A DNA stretch of 64,000 nt, taken from contig JAQGDQ010000150.1 in assembly GCA_030141605.1 (NCBI GenBank), positions 356,627-420,626 of the forward strand, in the 5' to 3' direction. Under the pieces are notes generated by a model. The model did no database searches and had not been told where the DNA came from. It saw only the letters and a program-made list of their open reading frames with translations. Origin of the DNA: Tubiluchus corallicola (lineage: Eukaryota > Animalia > Priapulida). The translations under genes were made by a program, and so were the position numbers. Numbering within the stretch: position 1 is the first letter of the stretch; each line of letters opens with the position of its first letter. This document shows, piece after piece, positions 1 to 9,600 of the stretch.

Positions 1-410
1 TCTTCCTCAAGAACTCCTCCAAGTGATTCTTGAAAACATTTACATTGGGCGAGGTCATTGCTTTCTCTAATAACCAGTTCCAGGTGTTAATAATTTTTTC
101 ACTGAAACTGCATTTTCTAAGACCAAGTCTAGACCTTCTTTTCACAAATTTTTTTGGAGTTAGCCCTCATTTTGCTATCATCACTAACAGCAAAAAAGTC
201 ATTACATTGCTGACCATTACGTACATTACAATCCATTCATAATTCTAAAAGCTTCAATCAATTCTGCTCTCTGTCGATGGTGTTCGAGGGGCTAGGTTCA
301 TTAATCTGTATCTGTTGATTTTATGTTCATAATTATGTTAAAAACTAAGACACTCAGTCAAGTCTTTAGATCTCTTTTGTACACCTTCCAGCAATCTAAT
401 TATCTTTTAT
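1..410 (-). mobile_element. Decayed CR1-like LINE fragment (RT C-terminal region)
   Basis: The minus strand near 340-395 reads LLEGVQKR, typical of the CR1 ORF2 C-terminus. The frame is broken by stops and frameshifts. Confidence 0.5.
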
Positions 411-459
411 TTATGGCTTCGCTCTCAGTGCTTGCTATGCAGTAATGTGAGTGCGTTAG

Positions 460-800
460 TTAATTACGAAATTGAATTAAGAAGATACCATAGAGATCTT
501 ATTGAGATTTATAAAATACCAAACAAGAAAAGAAAATATTTTGCCTAAAAATTTTAAATAATTTTAAATAATTTAGTTTTCATTCTAAAACTAGAGGACA
601 TACAGTAGTTTAAAACTGTTTAAAGAATTTATCATGTCTTGACATCCGTAAATATTCATTTACTGCGAGAGTAATTAATGAATGGAATAATCTGCCTGCC
701 ACGGTGATTGCCGCACCAAACATAGTAAAGTTCAAATCTTTAATCGACAATTTTAATGTGGAAAAATATGGGGTTTCCATGAGTGTACTAATGATGACAG
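460..800 (+). mobile_element. Decayed CR1-like LINE 3' end
   Basis: Plus-strand fragments RDLIEIYKI, TRGH and LDIRKYSFTARVINEWNNLP..FKSLID match the conserved CR1 ORF2 C-terminal motifs. Confidence 0.7.
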
Positions 801-939
801 TATAACAGTATGTCCAGTCCAGTATTATTGATATTGGGCAGGCAGAACTTTAAAAATAATTAATATAAGAACTCCGCCCTCAAGGCAGGTAAACAGAGCA
901 GTAATCCAGCAAGAAACTATAGTCACTGCTTGTCAGCCA

Positions 940-1102
940 GTGGCTTGTCAGCACAAATTCTGGAAAACTATTCGTCAAAAAAATGGAGATGTCGTTAAAA
1001 CGAGCTGAAATCATGTTACAAGTCTTACCTAGCGATGAACCTTACTGCAAGACAGAAATTTGCCGGTTTTGATTATTGTTCTGATCTTGCTTTTGATATC
1101 AG
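940..1102 (+). other. Candidate non-coding first exon (5' UTR) of ADAR
   Basis: Strong donor AG|GTAAGA at 1102/1103 in apparently non-repetitive sequence. The first coding exon has an acceptor (ttttctgccatttag, 3178) just before its ATG, so an upstream exon is likely. The 5' boundary is a guess. Confidence 0.35.
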
Positions 1103-1449
1103 GTAAGAATCTTTTTTATTGAAATTGTGTTACTAAATTGAGCCTAAGTAAATGATGATATCGCATTATTGTCCTATATTAATAATATTAGTTACATTTA
1201 TATTGCGATCTAGAAACAAACCTCTCCCAAGTGAAGACATTGTACAAATGTGAGTGGGAAATGATTATGATTCATGAAGCGAGAGAGAAGCAAAATACCG
1301 GACTGAAAAAGAAATTTGAAAATCAACAGATGGAAATCGATGTGCTTAAGATGAAACGAGTTTGGCCAGTAGTAGTGAAGAAGAAGTGAAGAGACTAAGA
1401 GGAGAAAAAGGAAGGGCTGGAAGTTAAAAACTTACAGAGAGAGGCGATA

Positions 1450-2195
1450 GGCGCTATTACACTTTCGCACCGCCTAGCTTTTCCTGGCCTATTGGTTGTT
1501 CTCACGCCTGCAGGCCAGAAAGCAGACCAACAGGCGTAATATACACCATATTCCCATAACATTATTGCTTCTTACGCTTTATAAGTCCAGATTAAAATCA
1601 TGCATTACTTACCTACCGCCGCCATTAAAAGCTGCACGTGAATAACCGTGTTTACACCACTGATGCGCAATCGCTCTCGCGCAGTGACGATCTGGCCCTT
1701 AACATGTATTTTTAGTTTCTTCGCATAATTTATGATTATTAGAGTTGCTGCCACGGAAGTTTGTATCGTATCGCGGGTGGGCCTGGACACCTTATTTTAG
1801 ACCACTGCAGTTATTTATCATTAATTTTATTTATTACTGTAGTATTATTACTATTAGATTACAAAAAAAGTAAAAGTTTTTTCTTTATTTCGTAAATGCG
1901 GTGAAGATGAAAGTGTGTCACGTGCCTTTTAAGCTAGGCCCTGATAATGCATAAACTAGTACGAAATTCGTCACGTGACTACACACACAAACAAGATGGC
2001 GATACGCCCTGTATAGGTGTAGAACTGTGAATACAGCGTAATTATTGGTAATTATACCTAAATATATTATTAAATTACAATTAGATTAGCGGAAACATTC
2101 ACTGATGACGTAAGAATAATAGAATGATGACTTCCGAGCCTAAAAACGAGTAATAACCTAGAAAAAGCTAGGCGGTGCGAAAGTGTATTAGCGCC
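1450..2195. mobile_element. Non-autonomous Mutator-like (MULE) MITE
   Basis: 33-bp terminal inverted repeats GGCGCTAWTACACTTTCGCACCGCCTAGCTTTT with one mismatch, and a perfect 9-bp TSD GAGGCGATA (1441-1449 and 2196-2204). It interrupts an A-rich decayed ORF-like remnant (about 1200-2640). Confidence 0.85.
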
Positions 2196-2889
2196 GAGGC
2201 GATAACTTATAAGGGAGAACTAGAATAGACTGATACAAAGTGAATCTGCTGATACAAAAACTAATATCCCTAAATCAGTATGCAAATGATCTAAAAAAGT
2301 CAACACACAAAAATTTAGAATTGAAAACGGCATGTCAAAATAGTGCCAGATCTAAAAATCAAAAAACAAACCTAGTCACTCTAATTTCTAAAAACGTTGA
2401 GGCTGAAATTCAAAATATATAAAGAAAGTGAAGTGGGTAAAAACACTTTCTGCAGAGAATCCCAGTGGTCCGCACAGTAGGAGATGCTGGAATTTTGACA
2501 AGAATGATGTTTGCAAATATGGTAACAGCTGTTACTTTGAACACAAGTAAGTGGTAGAGGATATGAAAAAAAAGGTAGAAACAAACCAAGATTTACCAAC
2601 ACAACCATTTGCAGACAGTGTTAGAAAGAAGTCAGTATGGCAGTCAACAAACATATTTCAGAACTTGATATACAAATATCTGGAGAATCTATAAAGACTC
2701 ATGATGCCCAGCAAAGTGGAGCAGCCAGCAGCTTATACAGTGAAACAGCATCTTGACCTTATAACTCCACTTGAAAGTACTAGCAGAGAAGCCAGTTTGG
2801 GTACTAGATCAAGTACTGCAACCTTTTTGTTATACTGGCTTGTTTATTAATTACAGAATATCTGAGTGTGACCAAAATAGTGTGTGACT

Positions 2890-3125
2890 TCTTTCTCTTT
2901 CTCACCATCCTCCTGGTAGATTTTCATCTGTCAGCCGGCGAACACTTGCTGTGTTCGCCATGAGTTACTTGAGCAAAAAGTACTTCAGTGACTTGCTAGG
3001 TCTATCCTGAAGGATTTGGTCCACAGCTCCTTATTTGAATATTCGGAGCACCCTGGCTCGTGAGCCAGGGGTCCCCCATCCGCCACCCGGGGGATGCGCC
3101 CGGTAGGGGTTTACTCCCCCCCGAG
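2890..3125 (-). mobile_element. 236-bp structured retroposon (SINE-like, RTE-type tail, no tRNA head)
   Basis: Perfect 11-bp TSD AGTGTGTGACT (2879-2889 and 3126-3136). The minus-strand 3' end reads ...CCAGGAGGATGGTGAGAAAGAGAAAGA (short-repeat tail). The GC-rich body contains at least six stems. Confidence 0.8.
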
Positions 3126-3183
3126 AGTGTGTGACTATTTAGCATATTGTATGATTTGAGTTATTTTCTGCCATTTAGGTGAT

Positions 3184-3345
3184 ATGGAATTGGAAGATAC
3201 TGTTTTGCACATTCTCCAAAATGAACTAAACCCTATTACGACTGGAAATCTAATAAGATTATGCAGTTTAGAAAGGGACGCCAAGAAAAGAGTCAACTCT
3301 GTGTTATATGCTATGGAAAGAAAAGGCCTGATACAGAAAGCGCAA
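3184..3345 (+). CDS. ADAR: ADAR coding exon 1: Z-alpha domain 1 (helices)
   Basis: [11 protein letters not shown]...[21 protein letters not shown], spliced in phase 0 to DSPPSW at 5619. Confidence 0.88.
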
Positions 3346-6300
3346 GTAAAATGCTGTGTATTCGTTTATATATTGTTACTTCAAATAAGTAATTGAATTG
3401 TGTATTGTTTTTTATAAACATATGTTACAGTCAGTATGCAAAATTTAGACATTTTGTAAAATCCCTAGACATTTCACATACTGGGACAATTTTAAAGCTT
3501 CCTCTACGGCTGCAAAACTTCGACTCTTTATTATCATGAATCAAAAGGCTGTTACCTTTTCATCAACAAAAGTTTCACTCCATCTTGAACATCATATACC
3601 AATATTACCTCACCATTATCACTGTCCACAAATGAGTAATCATCCAGGGCATCGAGTAGCATGTTTTCATTGGTTAGGATATGTCATCATAATGCAGGAA
3701 ATCAAGATTGCATTTCTTTTGCTGAGTATTCCAGCAAGTTAATTGTCAATTGGCATTGGATGCAACATCAAAAACCTATGAAACAAGTTTTTAAGAGCAA
3801 AGATCTAAACTCAGCAATGACCAAGCTCATGTCATCTCAACCTGCCTCTATGGTTGCGAAATTTGGATTCTATTATCATGACATAAAAAGCTCAAACCTT
3901 TTCATTAACAAAGCTTTACATCAATTATCAATTGTACGTCACTAACATCGCTATCTCAGAAATGAGTAAGCATCCAGAGTAGCGAGTCCACCATCAAGAA
4001 ACATCATCATTAGTCAAGAGATTTTATCAGAATGCAGGATCCCAGGCTCACCACTTTTCTTCTGTTCTCTTCAAATTCTTTTCAGTGAACTCTGAACTGG
4101 CAAAAGACCATAAGGATGCCTTCTTCACCGCTACAAAGACCAGTTAAAACACACTCTCAAACAAACATGAGTCAAACATTCAGTAACTATGCCTAACAGC
4201 ATGCCAGTTGGCATCAGACCATTCACAATGAAGCCGAGAGGAGGTGAGAAAGCAACAAAAGGGCAAGATCCAGATTTGACAAGCTCAGTTGGAAACTGCT
4301 GCTCCAAAACTCGAATGCTGTCTGTGTTACCACAAGTTTCATGCAAGAATTTGTCTTTCGAGTTCTGACTCATCAACATCACCACCACAGAAGAGGAATA
4401 ATACTGCAGGGAATTTAAATTCTCAAACATAACGAAAGGCAAATGGACGACCGAAGGAATCTGTTACGTGGTAGTGTGGTGCACTATATATATAGATAAA
4501 ACAGAAGATTGATTAAGACTAAAGTAAAGTATTATTAGCAAGAAGACTTGAAATAACTACAACCAAGAGTAAACTGATGGTGCCATCTATAGGCTTCAAT
4601 TACAAGTTCACGTAACAGAACCTATTTAACCACGCAAATTTTCCAAGCCATGACATGAAACTTGACTTCATGCATTCCCTAAAGTAAAATCGGTATTATA
4701 TAAAATGCCTTGAAAAATTACATAAAACACCTGTCAACTTCTTTTTAGATTAACTAAAATTTATTCAGCTTTTTATAATATAACTATAAAAAAGTATATC
4801 CAAATCCAGTAATTACACACTGCCTAATTTCTAATGAGCTTTTGCATTAGACATAGTGCTTAGGAAAAGCGTGGAAGAAATTATTTTAGGTTTTCTACAT
4901 GGTTTCTGTAGAGAACACCCTTTTTCATACTTTACCTATAACATACATACAGTATAACTAAACCTAACATTTTGTTCAATATATAGTTAACCTAGCTGCG
5001 AACCATAGCCTAACACATATTAGCAGGACTTAGTTAGAATGGGTGGTTTTGGTAAGACCAGAATTCTGGCTTATTACCGAGTCTAATAATGTAACATGAG
5101 ACATTGAACTGGCAAAGGTGTCTTACCATATTTGGCTGTAAAAACATTGCCTTTCAACCAAAAAAAAATTCCAAAATAGCCTGTTTCATTTTGAATAAAA
5201 CTTTACAATGAATATTTAACTCATTGGTCAGTCATCAATTTATTGACTTGGCATTGCTTCACCTTGACCGCTTATCTGTAGCAAATACTCCATAATATTA
5301 GTTACTTTCTACTTGCGGCATAAGCTTTGCTATTTACTGTTAAGCTCTGCATAGTCTAGGCTTCCCTATGGAATCAATTCTAATGTTACCATTTTAAGCT
5401 GTCAAGCCTGCTGCTGTAAAACTTATTTGTTATTTTTACAAAGATACTGCATTTGTGGTAACTTTATGTTAAGTGACTTTGTAATTATGGTTAATTTTGT
5501 TACTGTTAAAGAGAACATTCTGTGTTATATCACATTTGCCATTTTAGCTACATTAATTTTACCTCTGATGTTAATATAGCTGATAATTTACTAATATCTA
5601 TGTTTGATTATATTTCAGGACTCTCCGCCTTCCTGGATCCTGCATGAAAGTAGTGTGTCTGGGGTGAAAAGCAGCAATGTTTCAACTGGCTTGGTCGTAA
5701 CTGAGGAGCCTATTAAGTCAACTTCAATTTTGGAAGACAAAATTTTAAAGTACCTTTGCAATTTTGGCAGAACAACTTTTAAAGCTATTGACGTTGCCAA
5801 GGGAGTTGGTTGCAGATCTAAAAAAGATGTGAATCCAGCTCTGTACAATTTGCTGAAGCGTGGCTTAGTAGTAAAAACAGATACTCAACCACCTCATTGG
5901 TGCTTGGCTTCTTATGGAACTTACCTTCCTAACAATGTAGTGGATCACACTATTGGGCAATCAATCGCGGGCGAAAGTCGACATCACAGCAGGTCTTTGG
6001 CACAAGAGTTTCATCTACAACAAAGAGTCAAAAATGACTGTGACTTGTCAATTGTTCCACAAAATGGTTTTGTACATATACCAGATGCACCACATGTGCT
6101 TCCTAAAGGATACCAGATGCTTATGCAACATCAAGATGTTGAGCATAAAAACGTAATGTTGGCCTCTGTAATGCAGCAAGTGGATGTCAGTCATCATTGG
6201 AATCCGTATAATATTTCAAGCCAAACGCATAAGGCATTTAGCTGGCCTCAAGTAGGAACTGCAAACAAAATCTTTTATAGTAACCAAGAACCTGTTTCTG

Positions 6301-6579
6301 CAAATTCTCACTTGAACACACCTCTTCGTGGACCTTGCAGTTCGATTTCTGGTCTTCGTAATGCTTCATGCGTCAGGGAATGTAAAGATACTTTACCTGC
6401 AAGTCCAGCTATGATACTCAATAGTGATATGTTTGCTGTATTAAATAAAAATCCTATTAGTGCATTAATTGAATATGGACAAGCGCGGCATTATGGTGTA
6501 GACCTGAAGATTTTACAGTGCTGGGGACCTTCTCATGCTCCAAAGTAAGTTCTAGTGACCAAATCTTATTTGATGATAA

Positions 6580-6634
<55 letters not shown>

Positions 6635-9600
6635 TTTTTTAAAGTCACTGTATATCATCGCATATGATTACATCTGTCGTTTACTTTTGCTATTTACTTA
6701 TAACTTTCTTTTCTTTCAAAATCCTGTGAAAACTGGTAATTCATAGCAAATAACTATTCATAATTCTTTGTAGCATTTTTACTACCACTAAATGTAGAAA
6801 TGAGTTTATTAATTACTTCATTTATATTTTCCTTGAAGAACCAGACTGTTTTACGTATGACTTCTTTGCTTTTTATAGTTGTTCTCTTAGTATGCCATTC
6901 ATAATTTGGGCTATAATAATAATATAATAATAATTTTTATTTAATGTCGGCTTTTGGGGTGAACAATTAACATAAGCTCCAAAGAGCTGTTGGGCCAACT
7001 GTAAAAAACAATCTACAACTACATAATTATGGACTATTATTACTCCACATTTACCCTAAAGACCACGCGCCAGGCAGCGCAACAGCAGATACCATTTTTT
7101 AAAGTCTTTTGTATGACACGGCCCAGTGGCGTGCAGTCCATACATGCAACACATGCACTGCATGCCTTCTAATTTCTAAAAAATAATTATGATGTAAAAA
7201 TCACTTGTAAATATTTCTAATAATTAACTATTACTGCTAATATTTATTAACATTTTACGCTCATATTGTATTATAATGTCAGTAGGCTATAGGTTTTGCT
7301 AAACCATTACACTAAGAAGCGACGGAGCTGTACACATTCACATTATTTTCCAGTGTGAAAGCACACTCATTACAATTTAGACAGGGAGCTTGGCTTAATC
7401 GAAACTTGTCCAATCACAATTAACGGCAGCATTGTTTGTTTTTATCCCAGCCTTATCCGTGAGAGAAATGCGCCATTCATTCCACTTAGGTTTTCCCTGC
7501 CCAGCTACACGTGAATGCATCACATGTTTTGTTTGAGCCATTGTTTAATACGTATGGGTACTGTAGTTGATAGAGTTCTGTAGCTGCTGTAGAGTGATAG
7601 GTAATAACTATGACTTGGTGTTTACCTGTTTTATAAATTACTGTAGTGTTTGGACTTTTCGTTGTGTTAATTTCAGTTTTCAGCACATCAGTATTTTTAT
7701 TGCGTTAGTTGTTATAGTTGTTGGGTGCCGAGTAACCCACTAGCCGAAGTAGGCTGCGTCGTACATGGGCTAGCCAAAGTAGGATGCGTCGTACATGGGC
7801 TAGCCAAAGTAGGACGTGTCGTACATGGGCTGCCCAAGTAGGACACTAGCGATTTCTGTCGAGAATCGAGATTTATGACATAATAAAACATAAAACTAAA
7901 TTTGGTTTAGAAAAAAGCTTTATGGTAATGATGGATAGTCCTTGACAAATGTATTTTTACAACAATATAATCATTATTGTTAGCTCCATAAATATCATCA
8001 TAATATTAAACTAAGTATCTAATGCTTTAAAGAGAGGAACTATGTAGGGCACATAACTCGTTAAGCCGTTTACTTAGCAGAAAACGATTATTTATCCAAG
8101 AGGGATTGAAAGGGATCACCTGTCTGTGAAGCAAAACAAAATAAAAAATGATATACCTTAAGCAAATGTTGCAATGTCCTACTTCGGCTAGTGGATTACT
8201 CGGCACTCTACAATAGTGATCCCGATCATAGGACTTTAGTGTAGTGTTAATGCAGTAGTTAGACTTCAGTATGCGAGAAGTGCATGTGTGGTAAGCATTT
8301 CTTTTACATCATTTCTATATTAACATACTTTTAATTAGCTAGGACGTAAGGTTTGGTTTTAAAACAAGGTATACAGCTTTGGCACTAGTTGAATTACACT
8401 ACATAATTGTAGCTTAAATCTGCGTCAGTTACAAGAAATACCCCATATTACAACTCTCCCCCGATTTGGAATTTTTAATTGAGATTTCAGTGATAACCTC
8501 CCTTTCTCCAGATTTGCCTCCCAATTGCTACCTCAACGTCAACAAAATGCGATCGCGGTGAGATAGAACTTCCCTTCTCTTTGGAGGAAATAGAATCGCC
8601 CATCGACGGTGCTAGACAACGTGAAACAAAAATTGTCTGGGAAATAGCTATAATCTTTCTCTACATTATATACAAAAGTTATAGATAAATTTGCTTAAAA
8701 AATGACTTATTATATGTACATTTTTCACGTTTGAGGCTGTCTGTGTACCAGAATTTAGATCTCATTTGAGGCCTCCAAAATACCCTGAAATACAGGAAAA
8801 TGCATTGGCAGCAGGGGCTCTGCCGTGTACCCCGCTGGGGGAACTTACAGCTCTCCCCCAGACAGCTGCTTGCCTGCATCGTTCCACGACCCACTGCACG
8901 CCACTAACGTGACCGCTGCATCGAACACACAACCAAGACGGAAAGCATATGCGTTGCCACTAGAATAGGTTTTAACTGGTTCAGGATTAGTCTTTGCTTT
9001 ATTTCCATTATTCTGTTGTATTTCCTGAGCTGCTGCTGAAACTTATAACGGGGCTTAAAAGAGGAATATCACCAAAATTAAGTTGAGCTTGAATAACTCG
9101 TGAATATATTGCGAATGGAAGTACATATCTTGTTCTTCATGTTTCAGAATCCTTGACAAAAGTTCAGATAAAATTGCGCACAAAATGAACATTTGGTAGG
9201 CTGCTATTGAGCATGGACATGTGCCTGCACCTCCGTGAAAATTGCCGTATTACAGAGGAATCTTGACAGTACGTCACAAGGGGAAAACACCTACATTATA
9301 CGCACTATGCACAACACTGTTTGAGTATTTGTTTACACCAGCATTACTGATTTAACTGACTGAAACATGAAAAAGTTAAAATGTTCATAAATGTTTAATC
9401 ACTAATTGTACAGCTAATTTGTCATAGTCTCTCTTTCCATGAGTTCCTGATAAAATGAAGCTGTCACTAAAAATTGTCACACTAACGTTATAATTATGCT
9501 TCAGTAAGTTTCTCTGCATTGAAAAAATTCATTGGTTCTTCTAGCAGAATGAAGTTACTTTATCGGACTTGTTTTTACAAGAAAAGTACTTTTATTACCA

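Larger units (their letters stand above)
6913..8965 (-). mobile_element. tRNA-derived SINE (MetaSINE-like), split by nested DNA transposons
   Basis: Minus strand: degenerate tRNA-like head at about 8915-8965, then GGCCGTGTCATACAAAAGACTTTAAAAAATGGTA (7123-7090), which resembles the Meta core from recall, and a (TTA)n tail at about 6913-6935. Confidence 0.6.

Noticed and set aside
7741-7845. 30-bp periodic repeats resembling a CRISPR array
   Set aside because: The units are head-to-tail with no unique spacers, lie inside a TIR/TSD-bounded MITE in an animal intron, and no cas genes are present.
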